In this document: positions 25,647-36,118 of the stretch, piece by piece
Numbering within the stretch: position 1 is the first letter of the stretch
How the letters are laid out: every line of letters begins with the position of its first letter
Source: Ilumatobacteraceae bacterium
GTDB lineage: Bacteria > Actinomycetota > Acidimicrobiia > Acidimicrobiales > Ilumatobacteraceae
Length of the DNA: 64,000 nt
Direction of reading: 5' to 3'
Assembly (NCBI GenBank): GCA_963707515.1
Contig: CAVPQI010000002.1
Location: 280,643 to 344,642, forward strand
Notes under the pieces: model-generated
The model's database searches: none
Told to the model about the DNA's origin: nothing
Seen by the model: the letters and a program-made list of their open reading frames with translations, nothing else
Position numbers and translations under genes: made by a program

Positions 25647-28019
25647 ATGCCCGACCCGCTGGACCGCCACGCCCGCACGATGCTGCCGATCCCGGATCGA
25701 CCGCACACCGGACTCCTGACCTACGACGCCAAGGACCCGGACACCGCGTACCCGCCGATCCAACCGCTGCTGCCGCCGGTGGGCGCACCGAACGTGCTCG
25801 TCGTCCTGATCGACGACGTCGGGTTCGGCGCCTCGTCGGCGTTCGGCGGGCCGTGCCAGACTCCGGTCGCCGAACGCCTCGCCGCGGGCGGGTTGCGCTA
25901 CAACCGGTTCCACACCACGGCCCTGTGCGCGCCCACCCGCCAGGCGCTGCTCACCGGCCGGAACCACCACTCCGTCGGCATGGGATCGATCACCGAGACG
26001 GCGACGTCGGCGCCGGGCAACAACTCGTTGCGGCCGAACACGAAGGCGCCCCTGGCGTTGACGCTCAAGCTCAACGGCTACTCGACGGCCCAGTTCGGGA
26101 AGTGCCACGAGGTGCCGGTGTGGCAGACCTCGCCGCTCGGTCCGTTCGACGCCTGGCCGTCGGGCGGCGGCGGGTTCGAGACGTTCTACGGGTTCATCGG
26201 CGGTGAGAACAACCAGTGGGATCCGGCGCTGTACGAGGGCACGACCCCGGTCGAGCCGCCGGCGACGGCCGACGAGGGGTACCACCTGACCGAGGATCTG
26301 GCCGACCGTGCGGTGGGATGGATCAGGCAACAGAAGGCACTGATGCCCGACCGCCCGTTCTTCGCCTATTTCGCGCCCGGTGCCACCCATGCCCCGCACC
26401 ACGTCCCTCGGGAGTGGGCCGACAAGTACGCCGGCCAGTTCGACGACGGCTGGGACGTGATCCGCCAACGAACCTTCGCCCGCCAGAAGGAACTCGGCGT
26501 GATCCCCGCCGACACCGACCTCCCGGCGCGCCACGACGTGATCTCCGCCTGGGACGACATGGCCGACGAGCTGAAGCCGGTGCTCGCCCGTCAGATGGAG
26601 GTGTACGCCGGGTTCCTCGAACACACAGATCACCACGTCGGTCGCATCGTCGACACCCTCGACGAGCTGGGGATCCTCGACGACACGCTGATCTACTACA
26701 TCATCGGTGACAACGGCGCGTCGGCCGAGGGCACGATGAACGGGGCCTTCAACGAGATGGCCAACTTCAACGGCATGGCGGCGCTCGAAACGACCGAGTT
26801 CATGCGCTCGAAGATGGACGAGTTCGGATCACCGACGTCGTACAACCACTATTCGGTCGGCTGGGCGTGGGCGATGAACGCGCCGTTCCAGTGGACCAAG
26901 CAGGTCGCCTCGCACTGGGGTGGGACGCGCAACGGCACGATCGTCCACTGGCCAGCGGGCATCGACGAGCCAGGCGGGCTGCGGTCACAGTTCACCCACG
27001 TCATCGACCTCGCCCCGACCGTGCTCGACGTCGCCGGCATCCCCGAACCGACGATGGTCAACGGCGTGCTGCAGAGTCCGTACGAGGGCACGAGCATGCG
27101 CTACACGTTCAACGCCTCCGAGGCGGCGGAACGGCACGACCTGCAGTACTTCGAGATGTTCGGCAACCGCGGCATCTACCACAAGGGTTGGAGCGCGGTC
27201 ACCAAGCACAAGACGCCGTGGATCCTCCTGGGCGGCGAGATGCCCGACTTCGACGACGACGTGTGGGAGCTCTACGACGGCAGCGGCGACTACAGCCAGG
27301 CCCACGATGTGTCCGCCGACCATCCCGACAAGCTCGCCCACCTGCAACGCCTGTGGCTGATCGAGGCGACCCGCTACAACGTGTTGCCGATGGACGATCG
27401 CAGCGGCGAGCGGGTCAACCCGCTGCTCGCCGGGCGACCGACGCTCGTGCAGGGCGACTCGCAGCAGTTCTTTGCCGGGATGGGACGCCTGTCGGAGAAC
27501 AGCGTGGTCAACATCAAGAACCGCTCGTTCGCCGTCACCGCCGAGATCGACTCACCGCCCGGTGGTCCCGACGGTGTCGTGATCGCCCAGGGCGGCCGGT
27601 TCGGTGGTTGGGCGGTGTACGCCCTCGGCGGCTGCATGAAGTTCGTCTACAACCTGCTCGGCATCCACGAGTTCGTCGTCACCGCCGACCGACCGGTCCC
27701 CGACGGTCGACACCAGGTGCGCGCCGAGTTCGCCTACGACGGTGGCGGCCTGGCCAAGGGCGGCACCGTCACCTTGTACTACGACGGCGAACCGGTCGGC
27801 GAGGGGCGCGTCGACGCCACGCAGGCGATGATCTTCTCCGCCGACGAAACCACCGACATCGGCCACGAGACCGGCACGACCGTCGGCTCCGAGTACGACG
27901 TGACCACCGGTCGCTTCACCGGCAAGATCCACTGGGTCCAGCTCGACGCGGGCACCGACGATCACGATCACTTCATCGATCCCGAGGAGCGCCTGCGGAT
28001 CGCCATGGCGCGCCAATAG
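25647..28019 (+). CDS. arylsulfatase (type I sulfatase)
   Basis: Formylglycine motif CAPTRQALLTGR, plus VLIDDVGFG and GKCHE segments; 790 aa from ATG 25647. Confidence 0.9.
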   Translation: MPDPLDRHARTMLPIPDRPHTGLLTYDAKDPDTAYPPIQPLLPPVGAPNVLVVLIDDVGFGASSAFGGPCQTPVAERLAAGGLRYNRFHTTALCAPTRQALLTGRNHHSVGMGSITETATSAPGNNSLRPNTKAPLALTLKLNGYSTAQFGKCHEVPVWQTSPLGPFDAWPSGGGGFETFYGFIGGENNQWDPALYEGTTPVEPPATADEGYHLTEDLADRAVGWIRQQKALMPDRPFFAYFAPGATHAPHHVPREWADKYAGQFDDGWDVIRQRTFARQKELGVIPADTDLPARHDVISAWDDMADELKPVLARQMEVYAGFLEHTDHHVGRIVDTLDELGILDDTLIYYIIGDNGASAEGTMNGAFNEMANFNGMAALETTEFMRSKMDEFGSPTSYNHYSVGWAWAMNAPFQWTKQVASHWGGTRNGTIVHWPAGIDEPGGLRSQFTHVIDLAPTVLDVAGIPEPTMVNGVLQSPYEGTSMRYTFNASEAAERHDLQYFEMFGNRGIYHKGWSAVTKHKTPWILLGGEMPDFDDDVWELYDGSGDYSQAHDVSADHPDKLAHLQRLWLIEATRYNVLPMDDRSGERVNPLLAGRPTLVQGDSQQFFAGMGRLSENSVVNIKNRSFAVTAEIDSPPGGPDGVVIAQGGRFGGWAVYALGGCMKFVYNLLGIHEFVVTADRPVPDGRHQVRAEFAYDGGGLAKGGTVTLYYDGEPVGEGRVDATQAMIFSADETTDIGHETGTTVGSEYDVTTGRFTGKIHWVQLDAGTDDHDHFIDPEERLRIAMARQ

Positions 28020-28031
28020 GCACGGCACCTC

Positions 28032-29930
28032 ATGAGCCGGCAGCGCGGGGGAGATCGGCGTCACGATCCCGACGCGCCCGGCCTGCGCCAGCGAGTTCGC
28101 TACCGCTTCGACAACCTCCTCGCCCGGGGCACCTCGGCGACGCTGATCTGGCTCGCCGTCGTCACGCTGGCGGCGGTGCTGATCAGCTCCCTGCTGCTGG
28201 CGCTCGGCGATGTCTCGCTGTCGGGCAGCGAGGATCGCGCCTGGCTCGAAGATGCGTGGCAGAGCCTGCTCCGGCTGCTCGACCCCGGCACGATGGCCAA
28301 CGACGTCGGATGGGGCCGACGGGTGCTGGCGTTGCTCGTGACGATCTTCGGGATCCTCATCGCCGGCACGCTGATCGGCATCATCGCCGCCGGTGTCGAG
28401 GGTCGGATCGAAGGCATGCGCCGGGGGCGCAGCGTGGTCATCGAGTCGGACCACATCGTCGTACTCGGCGACTCCGAACGACTGCCGATGGTGCTGCGGC
28501 AGCTGTCGATCGCTGCCACCGAAGGCGGCGCGGACACGATCGTCGTGCTCGCCGACCGTGATCCCGGCGAGTTGCACCATGCCGTGAGGAAATCGACGCC
28601 CCATCACCCCGGGGTGCGCATCGTCTTCCGCGCCGGAGATCCGACGATCCCGGCCGATCTCAGGCTGGTTCGGTTGCCCGCGGCTCGCGCCGCGGTGGTG
28701 CTGTCGGATCGCTGCTCCGATGTCGCCGCCGTCGAGACGGTGCTGGCGATGGCCGCCGAGCGCGGCGGCCTCGACGACTTCGTCGTGATCGTCGAGCTGC
28801 TCGAACAGTCGACCGCCGAGCGACTCCGGCGCGCGTACGGTGCGTCGGTCCACCCGATCGTGACGTCGGAGGCGGTCGCTCGCATGTCAGCCCATTCCCT
28901 GCGACAGCGCGGGCTGAGCACTGTGGTCGACGAACTGGTCGACTTCCGCGGTGCCGACCTGCAGGTGCTCGCGCCCGCACGGTTCGCCGGTTGGGCGTTC
29001 GGCGAGTTGGTCGCCGCCCTCGTCAACGCCCGACCGATCGGCGTGATCGGACCGGACGGCGATGTGCGCCTGTGCCCGTCGGCCGATCACGTGGTCGGCG
29101 ACGACGAGTGTGTCATCGCCATCGCCGACGATCCCGCGCAGATCGAGGTGATCGACCGGGACCAGGTGCGCGCCGTCCGGGCGGTGCACGATCCACCGGT
29201 CGGGGCAGGCCCAGTCGAGGAGCATCTCGTCGTGATCGGCTGGAGCGACCTCGGCGACTGCCTGCTGACGGGCTGGGCGCAGTCCGCCGCCGCGTCGTCG
29301 GACGTCGTCGTGCTCGTCGGCGCCGAGCGACTGGCGGCGGTGACCGACCAGCTCCCCGACCTGGGGGCGATCGCCGTGGAGGTCCGGCCGGCATCCGACC
29401 CGATCGCATGTGCCGCCGAGCTCGAGCCGACGACGGTGGTCCTGCTGACCCCGCCGGCCGAGTCGGACGATGCCGCCGACGTGGACACGCTCCTCGATCT
29501 GCGGGCACTCGGCCGGCTGCTGGCACGGCGAGGGCAGGAGACGCCACGCGTCGTCCTCGAGCTCCGCGACGCCGCCCACGCCGACCTCGTCGAGCTGCCC
29601 GGCGCCGACGATCTGGTGATCAGCGATGCCCTCGGCAGCCAGTTCCTCGCCCAACTGGTCGATCAGCCGCTGCGACGCGACATCTTGCTCACGCTCTACG
29701 CCGGCGATCGGGCGTCGCTGCGCCTCGTGCCGTGTGAACAGTTCGAGCTCGTGGGGGAGTGGCAGGTCGACCAGGTCGTCGCCCGTGCCGCCGCGTTCGG
29801 CCTGCTTGCCGTCGGGTGGCGACGCTCGGTCGATCGAGGCGGCGAGGTCGCCCTCAACCCGCGCCTCGACAGCGTCGTCCGCCTCGACGACGGTGATTCG
29901 CTGGTCGTCATCGGCGGCCACACCCGCTGA
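28032..29930 (+). CDS. CASTOR/POLLUX-like putative ion channel with tandem RCK/TrkA-N domains
   Basis: N-terminus RYRFDNLLARGTSATLIWLAVVT, two TM helices flanking a pore-like loop, then two HIVVLG / HLVVIG Rossmann-like RCK units. Confidence 0.65.
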   Translation: MSRQRGGDRRHDPDAPGLRQRVRYRFDNLLARGTSATLIWLAVVTLAAVLISSLLLALGDVSLSGSEDRAWLEDAWQSLLRLLDPGTMANDVGWGRRVLALLVTIFGILIAGTLIGIIAAGVEGRIEGMRRGRSVVIESDHIVVLGDSERLPMVLRQLSIAATEGGADTIVVLADRDPGELHHAVRKSTPHHPGVRIVFRAGDPTIPADLRLVRLPAARAAVVLSDRCSDVAAVETVLAMAAERGGLDDFVVIVELLEQSTAERLRRAYGASVHPIVTSEAVARMSAHSLRQRGLSTVVDELVDFRGADLQVLAPARFAGWAFGELVAALVNARPIGVIGPDGDVRLCPSADHVVGDDECVIAIADDPAQIEVIDRDQVRAVRAVHDPPVGAGPVEEHLVVIGWSDLGDCLLTGWAQSAAASSDVVVLVGAERLAAVTDQLPDLGAIAVEVRPASDPIACAAELEPTTVVLLTPPAESDDAADVDTLLDLRALGRLLARRGQETPRVVLELRDAAHADLVELPGADDLVISDALGSQFLAQLVDQPLRRDILLTLYAGDRASLRLVPCEQFELVGEWQVDQVVARAAAFGLLAVGWRRSVDRGGEVALNPRLDSVVRLDDGDSLVVIGGHTR

Positions 29931-29946
29931 TGCGAGCGACGACCGC

Positions 29947-30699
29947 TCAGCCGCCGGCGGGGTCGGCAACCGCGGTGTCGGGCCGTGCGGCGACGAACCC
30001 ACCGATCAGGTCGGTCCACCGCGTCGAGCGCCTCGCCTCGCGCCGAGCCCGTCGTTGCGCCCGGGCCATCTTCGCCGGGTCGTAGAAGCGGCGCGCCCAC
30101 AGCGACGTCGGGGTGGCGATCCGCATCCCCATCACGATCGCCAGGAACGGGACGAACGCGCCGATCAGCGCCGAGGCGTAGTGGCCCTTGATGACGCACA
30201 CGACGATCATCCCCAGGTGGGCGATCAGGACCAGCACGAAGCTGAGGATCGTCGGAGCCTGCCAGATGCCGTCCACCGCGAGCGGGCTGAACCCGACGAC
30301 GGCCAGGCCGAGGCACGCCGCCGCCAGGCTGACCATCTCGATCGAGATCCGGCCCTCGTCGGACCAGTAGACGTCGGACAGGTGGACGATCAGGGCGAAC
30401 TCGTCGAGCACGAGCGACGTGCCGACGCCGATCAGGATCCCGGCGAGCTCCGCCCACGGCGGGCCGCCGTTGGCGGCGAGGGACGTGAACGCGCCGGTGA
30501 TCAACAGCAACAATCCGGGGACGGCGTGGTGGACGTGGACGCCGCTCTTCGACTCGAAGTCGTGGAACGGGCCTCGTCCGGCGTGGATCAGCCGGGTGAT
30601 CAGGCGGGTCGTGAAGAACGTGACGATGAACGCGAGGAAGCAGAGGAACAGGGCGAGTCGCCCGGAATCGACGATGTCGTCGGTGAACCACTCGCTCAC
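29947..30699 (-). CDS. integral membrane protein of unknown function
   Basis: 250-aa ORF from GTG 30699 with about 7 hydrophobic segments. No family assigned. Confidence 0.6.
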   Translation of the reverse strand: MSEWFTDDIVDSGRLALFLCFLAFIVTFFTTRLITRLIHAGRGPFHDFESKSGVHVHHAVPGLLLLITGAFTSLAANGGPPWAELAGILIGVGTSLVLDEFALIVHLSDVYWSDEGRISIEMVSLAAACLGLAVVGFSPLAVDGIWQAPTILSFVLVLIAHLGMIVVCVIKGHYASALIGAFVPFLAIVMGMRIATPTSLWARRFYDPAKMARAQRRARREARRSTRWTDLIGGFVAARPDTAVADPAGG

Positions 30700-30824
30700 G
30701 ACCCGATCACGGCACCTGTCTACCCTCGCCGCGCCGGGTGGCGATCACCGATGTTGCGGCGCCGGGCCGGTCACCCGGCGGACGGCGCACGTTCTGATGA
30801 GGGCCTCGACTGGCGCTCCGACCC

Positions 30825-30920
30825 GGGCGCTGATCCGGGCGCTGATCAGGGCGCTGATCCCGGTGCTGATCTCGGCGCTGATCAGGGCGCTGATCCCGGT
30901 GCTGATCTCGGCGCTGATCT
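30825..30920. repeat. 12-bp tandem repeat GGGCGCTGATCN x8
   Basis: Eight head-to-tail units with a 36-bp higher-order period. The array spans the pirin stop codon (30882). Confidence 0.85.
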
Positions 30921-31964
30921 CGGCTCTTCGCGGTGGCCGTCCGGGCGGACCGCGAAGCGCTGCGGATCGTCACCGTGGACGGGGTCGGGTCGCGGCCATG
31001 ACCACCCGCCGAACTGCGTGGCTCGGTAGTCGCTGAACGCGGCTTCGATCTCGTCCTCGGTGTTCATCACGAACGGTCCGGAGCGGGCCTGCGGCTCACC
31101 GATCGGTCGGCCCTGCAACATCAGCACCTCGACGGCCCCGCCGCTGTCAGCGGCGACGAGCTCCAGGTCGCGGTCGGGTCGCACCAGGGCGCCGGTGTCG
31201 CCGCCGACGCGATGGCCGTCGATGGTCAGCCCGTCACCTTCGAACACGTACAGCGTGCGTACCGTCTCGGGCCCCGCGGCGGGCGGCATCGTCCAGCGGG
31301 CGCCCGGCTCGAAGCGCAGGTGCCAGATGGCGACGTCGGCATCGGGCCGCGACGCCCACGATGCCGGCGGTGGGGGCGGGGGCTGGAGGCCGGCCAGCGC
31401 GCCCGCCAACACGGTCACCACGGTCGTGCGACCGTTGGCGTCCGACGCCCGCAGGGTCGGGGTGTCCTCGGACCACAGCATGGCGAAGTGCGGTTCGGCC
31501 ATCTTGTCCTCGGCGGGCAGATTGAGCCAGATCTGGAAGAGCTCGAGCGGGTTCGGGGCGTGCTCGTCGAGCAGCGGGAACATCTCGGCGTGGACGATGC
31601 CCCGCCCGGCGGTGAGCCACTGCGTGTCGCCGCGACCGAAGCGCGCCGCCGCCCCGAGCGAGTCGGAGTGGTCGATCAGGCCACGCCGGACGTAGGTGAC
31701 CGTCTCGAACCCGCGATGCGGGTGGCTGGGGAACCCGGGCACCCGGCGTCCGTGGTACATGCGCCAACCGTCGAGGCCGGCGAAGTCCTGGCCGAGCTCG
31801 CGGCCCTCGAGCGACGCCCGCGGCCCGGCCTGACCGTCGCCTTCGGGGTAGGCGTCGTCGTGGTGGACGCAGAACAAGAAGGGGTCGATCGTCGGCCACT
31901 GGAAGCCGAGCGGGACCGTCTGGATCACGGACTCGGCGATGGCGCGATCAGCGGTGTCGGTCAT
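30882..31964 (-). CDS. pirin family protein (YhhW-like bicupin)
   Basis: GFPSHPHRGFETVTYV and GPFVMNTEDEIEAAFSDY motifs. The last ~12 residues (PRSAPRSAPGSAP) are encoded by the 12-bp repeat. GTG 31970 is an alternative start. Confidence 0.85.
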   Translation of the reverse strand: MTDTADRAIAESVIQTVPLGFQWPTIDPFLFCVHHDDAYPEGDGQAGPRASLEGRELGQDFAGLDGWRMYHGRRVPGFPSHPHRGFETVTYVRRGLIDHSDSLGAAARFGRGDTQWLTAGRGIVHAEMFPLLDEHAPNPLELFQIWLNLPAEDKMAEPHFAMLWSEDTPTLRASDANGRTTVVTVLAGALAGLQPPPPPPASWASRPDADVAIWHLRFEPGARWTMPPAAGPETVRTLYVFEGDGLTIDGHRVGGDTGALVRPDRDLELVAADSGGAVEVLMLQGRPIGEPQARSGPFVMNTEDEIEAAFSDYRATQFGGWSWPRPDPVHGDDPQRFAVRPDGHREEPRSAPRSAPGSAP

Positions 31965-32293
31965 GCACACAGTCTACCGCATTCATTGCGACCGCAATGT
32001 TTGCCCGCAATGTGTGCCGGCGACGTTGTGCCCGCGACGGCTGCCCGCAATGTCGGTCATGCCGACGCGAGCTGTCCGATGCTACCGAGCGGTAACCCGC
32101 CAGCGTGGACTGTGCTACCTCATCGGAGGGGCTCCGCGCAACTGCGTTTCCGATCCTGGTAGCGTCTGGGAATCCGTTCGACCCGTAGGAGACCTGGACG
32201 GGCCCGGCAGCGCCGTCAGGTGCTCGAAGGTCGTGCAGCCGGGCGGCGCCTGCACGAGGTCTCGTACACAAACCATCCAGGAGGACAAAACAC

Positions 32294-34411
32294 GTGAACA
32301 CGAAACGACGGGGCACCAAGCTCCTCGCGGCGCTCGCCGTGTCGTCCCTCGTCTTCGCCGCATGCGCGAGCGATGACGACGGTGACGGCGACGCGACGTC
32401 CGGTACTGACGGAGGTGCGGAGGACACCACCGACACGACCGAGACCACCGAAGCGACCGATACCACCACCGAGGGCAGCACGCCTCCGGCGGGCGGCGGA
32501 TCCGACGGGGAGGTCGGAGGAAGCGCCTGCGGTACGCCGCACGGCGCCTACGAGGAAGGCGAAGACCCGTCGGGCGAAGTTCGCGTGGCGTGGAACCAGG
32601 CCGCGTACTCGTTCAACTCGGCCACCAACCGTGGCAACGCGACGGCCAACAACAACCCGCTGTACCTGATGCAGGCGGGTGGCTTCAACTACTACGACGA
32701 GGATCTCAACCTCATCAACAACGACCAGTTCGGCACCTGCACGATCGACTCGCTCGATCCGCTGACCATCACGTACACCATCAACGAAGGTGTCACGTGG
32801 AGCGACGGCGTCCAGGTCGACGCTGCTGACCTGCTCCTCGCCTGGGCTGCCCAGAGCGGCGTCTACAACGACGCCGAGACGGTCGTCACCGACACCGGTG
32901 TCACCGCCGAGGCCGACCCCGATGGCTCGCCCGTCGTCGTCGGGCCCGACGGTGTCGACCTGCTGTCGGCCGACGAGGCCTACGCCGCGGCGTTCGACGA
33001 GGACGGCGCGCTGCTGGAGGGCTTCACCTACAAAGAGGCCACTGGCGTGGCGTTCGACTCCTCGAGCGAGTCGCTGCAACTGGTCACGCAGGTCCCGGAG
33101 ATCTCCGATGACGGCCTGTCGCTGACCGCCACCTGGGATTCGTTCTACGTGGACTACCCGACCGCCGGCGTCTTCCCCGGTGTGCCCGCCCACGTCACGG
33201 CGATGCGCGCCCTCGACATCACGGACGCCGACGAGGCCAAGACGGCGCTCATCGAGGCCTTCCAGTCCGACGACACCGAGGCCGTGAAGGCGATCTCGGA
33301 GTCCTGGAACCGTGACTTCGACGCCACGTCGCTGCCCGACGATGCAGGCCTGTACGCCGGCTTCGGCCCGTACAACCTGGTCGACTTCAGCGACAACGGC
33401 ACGATGGTGTTCGAGGCCCGCGACGACTACACCTGGGGCCCGCAGCCGAAGATCCAGACGATCGTCTACTCGATCATCGGTGACCCGACGGCCGCCGTCC
33501 AGGCAATGGCCAACGAAGAGGTCGACATCATCCAGCCGCAGGCGACCGCCGACATCCTCACCCAGCTCGAAGGTATCGCCGACCGCGGTATCGAGGTGCT
33601 GGAAGGTGATGGCGCCACCTACGAGCACGTCGACCTCGCCGTCGACAACGGCGGCCCGTTCGACCCGGCGACCTACGACGGCGACGCGGCGACGGCTCAG
33701 GCTGTCCGCCAGGCGTTCCTGCTGACCATCCCCCGTCAAGAGATCGTCGACCGGCTGATCATCCCGCTCAACGAGAACGCCACCGTGCGTGACTCGTTCA
33801 CGCGGGTGCCGGGCTCGCCGTTCTACGACACGATGGTCGAGGGCAACGGCTCCGACTTCTACGCCGAGGCGAACATCGACGAAGCGAAGACGATCCTCGC
33901 CGACGCCGGGGTCGACACGTCGACGCCGATCGACGTCCGGTTCCTCTTCGCCGACGAGAACCCGCGCCGTGCCGCGGAGTACGAGCTGATCCGTGACTCG
34001 GCCGCCCAGGCCGGTTTCAACGTGCTCGACGGCCGCGACATCAACTGGGGCTCGAACCTGTCGAACACCTCGCTGTACGACGCCAACGTCTTCGGTTGGC
34101 AGACGACGGCGATCGCGGTGGCCGACAGCTGCCCGAACTTCGTCACCGACGGCATCAACAACTTCTACGGCTTCAGCAACGAGGCCGTGGACAGCCTCTG
34201 CACCGAGCTGCAGGACACCAGTGATCCCGCCCGTCAGGACGAGATCCTGCTCGAGGTCGAGCAGGTGCTCTTCGACGATGCGTTCGGGCTCCCGATCTTC
34301 CAGCATCCGGAGATCACGGCCTACAACTCCACCTACGTCGACGGCGTGAGCAGCATCGCCATCGCCCCGACGGTGTTCTTCAACGTGTGGGACTGGGCAC
34401 CGGCCAGCTGA
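32294..34411 (+). CDS. ABC transporter substrate-binding lipoprotein, family 5 (peptide/nickel type)
   Basis: CAGGAGGA RBS. Lipobox LLAALAVSSLVFAAC-ASDDD, acidic Thr-rich linker, then a family-5 body. Followed by DppB/DppC-like permeases. Confidence 0.85.
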   Translation: MNTKRRGTKLLAALAVSSLVFAACASDDDGDGDATSGTDGGAEDTTDTTETTEATDTTTEGSTPPAGGGSDGEVGGSACGTPHGAYEEGEDPSGEVRVAWNQAAYSFNSATNRGNATANNNPLYLMQAGGFNYYDEDLNLINNDQFGTCTIDSLDPLTITYTINEGVTWSDGVQVDAADLLLAWAAQSGVYNDAETVVTDTGVTAEADPDGSPVVVGPDGVDLLSADEAYAAAFDEDGALLEGFTYKEATGVAFDSSSESLQLVTQVPEISDDGLSLTATWDSFYVDYPTAGVFPGVPAHVTAMRALDITDADEAKTALIEAFQSDDTEAVKAISESWNRDFDATSLPDDAGLYAGFGPYNLVDFSDNGTMVFEARDDYTWGPQPKIQTIVYSIIGDPTAAVQAMANEEVDIIQPQATADILTQLEGIADRGIEVLEGDGATYEHVDLAVDNGGPFDPATYDGDAATAQAVRQAFLLTIPRQEIVDRLIIPLNENATVRDSFTRVPGSPFYDTMVEGNGSDFYAEANIDEAKTILADAGVDTSTPIDVRFLFADENPRRAAEYELIRDSAAQAGFNVLDGRDINWGSNLSNTSLYDANVFGWQTTAIAVADSCPNFVTDGINNFYGFSNEAVDSLCTELQDTSDPARQDEILLEVEQVLFDDAFGLPIFQHPEITAYNSTYVDGVSSIAIAPTVFFNVWDWAPAS

Positions 34412-34581
34412 ACCGGTGAACGTGACGGGCGACCGTCACGTCGATCGACACCTTCGGGGTGCCGGGCTCGTCGAGCCCGGCACCCCGGCGGTTCACACAG
34501 ACCACGGGACCATCCGTCCAGCGCCGGATCGACCGTCCGAGATGCGCTGGTGGGCGGGACCCGCCCGACACCTGGAGTTCC

Positions 34582-36114
34582 ATGTTCGTCTACATCGTGC
34601 GGCGGTTGCTCGCCGGCGCGTTCGTGATGTTGGCCGCCTCCTTCATCGTCTACCTGCTGATGACGCAGGCCGGCGACCCGCTGGCGTTCACCATCGGCAT
34701 CACCAACCCGACGCAACGGGCTGCCGTCGTCAAGACCGTGACCGAGACGCTGAGCCTCGACGTCCCACCCGTGCAGCGCTACCTGCAGTGGCTCCAGCGG
34801 CTCGTGTTCGAGCAGGACTTCGGGCTCGTGTCCGTGACCCAACAGCCGGTCTCCGACGAGCTGGCCCGACGGATCCCGATGACGCTCAAGCTGGTCACCG
34901 CGGCGACGGTGCTCTCCGTGGTCATCGGTGTGTTCACCGGCATCGTCACCGCGTTGCGGCAGTACTCCGGATTCGACTATCTCACGACGTTCACCACGTT
35001 CGTCTTCTTCTCGCTGCCGGTGTTCTGGGTCGCCGTCATCCTCAAGGCGTGGGGTGGCATCAACCTCAACGACTGGCTGCGCGATGGCGCCCACTTCTCG
35101 GTGACGTTCATCGTCCTCATGTCCGCGCTCGCAGCGCTGGTCGGCGGATCGTTCGCCGGCGGTAACCGCAATCGCAAACTGACGATCGCTGCCATCTGCT
35201 TCGCCGCCGTCGCCGCCGTGATGGCGTGGATCTCCTCCACGCAGTGGCTCCTCGACCCTGGCTTCGGGCCGTTGCTGTTCGCCCTCTTGAGCCTCGCCAT
35301 CACCTGTGGCGTCATCGCCGTGCTCGCCGGCTTCCACAACGTCCGGGCACGCAACTCGGCGTTGATCACCTGGGCGATCGGATGCGTCGTCTACTTCCCG
35401 CTGCAGACCTTCTTCGACAACGACGTCAGCATCTGGACGATGTTCGGGCTGCTCGTCGTCGCCTTCGCCGTCGCCACGGCGGTCGGCTACGCCGTCGGTG
35501 GGTTCGACAAGGGCCAATCGGCGCGGACCGCATGCGTCGTCGCCCTGCTGATGTCGATCCTCATGTTCCTCGACCGGATGATGCAGTCGTGGGCGGAGTA
35601 CTCCGCGTCGCCGGTCATCCGCAACCGGCCGATCAAGACCATCGGCGATGCCGAGGGCCGCCTCGAAGGCTCGTTCTGGGTGATCGCCAACGACACCTTC
35701 AGCCACCTCGTGCTGCCGACGATGGCGCTGATGCTGATCTCGGTCGCCGGGTACACCCGGTACTCGCGGGCGAGCATGCTCGAAGTGCTGAACCAGGACT
35801 ACATCCGCACCGCCCGGGCAAAGGGGCTCACCGAACGCACCGTCGTGGTCCGTCATGCGCTGCGCAACGCCCTGATCCCGTTGGCGACGATCGTCGCCTT
35901 CGACATCAGCGGGATCATCGGCGGGGCGGTGATCACCGAGACCGTGTTCCAGTGGGAGGGCATGGGCAGGCTGTTCATCGACGGCCTGCGCGAGATCGAC
36001 CCGAACCGGGTGATGGCGTTCTTCGTCATCACCGGCACCTTCGCCATCGTGTTCAACCTGCTCGCCGACATCGTCTATGCGGTGCTCGATCCGCGCATCC
36101 GGGTGGGGGACTGA
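34582..36114 (+). CDS. ABC permease (DppB/OppB-like) with a large extra membrane insertion
   Basis: Starts MFVYIVRRLLAGAFVML and ends with the conserved EVLNQDYIRTARAKGL motif region. About 190 extra residues with several hydrophobic segments lie between them. Confidence 0.85.
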   Translation: MFVYIVRRLLAGAFVMLAASFIVYLLMTQAGDPLAFTIGITNPTQRAAVVKTVTETLSLDVPPVQRYLQWLQRLVFEQDFGLVSVTQQPVSDELARRIPMTLKLVTAATVLSVVIGVFTGIVTALRQYSGFDYLTTFTTFVFFSLPVFWVAVILKAWGGINLNDWLRDGAHFSVTFIVLMSALAALVGGSFAGGNRNRKLTIAAICFAAVAAVMAWISSTQWLLDPGFGPLLFALLSLAITCGVIAVLAGFHNVRARNSALITWAIGCVVYFPLQTFFDNDVSIWTMFGLLVVAFAVATAVGYAVGGFDKGQSARTACVVALLMSILMFLDRMMQSWAEYSASPVIRNRPIKTIGDAEGRLEGSFWVIANDTFSHLVLPTMALMLISVAGYTRYSRASMLEVLNQDYIRTARAKGLTERTVVVRHALRNALIPLATIVAFDISGIIGGAVITETVFQWEGMGRLFIDGLREIDPNRVMAFFVITGTFAIVFNLLADIVYAVLDPRIRVGD

Positions 36115-36118
36115 CGTC

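Noticed and set aside
25377-26636. 419-aa minus-strand ORF
   Set aside because: It is antisense to the arylsulfatase gene and has no motifs.
27552-30002. Minus-strand ORFs of 433 and 371 aa
   Set aside because: They are antisense to the sulfatase 3' end and the RCK-channel gene, and their composition is that of shadow ORFs.
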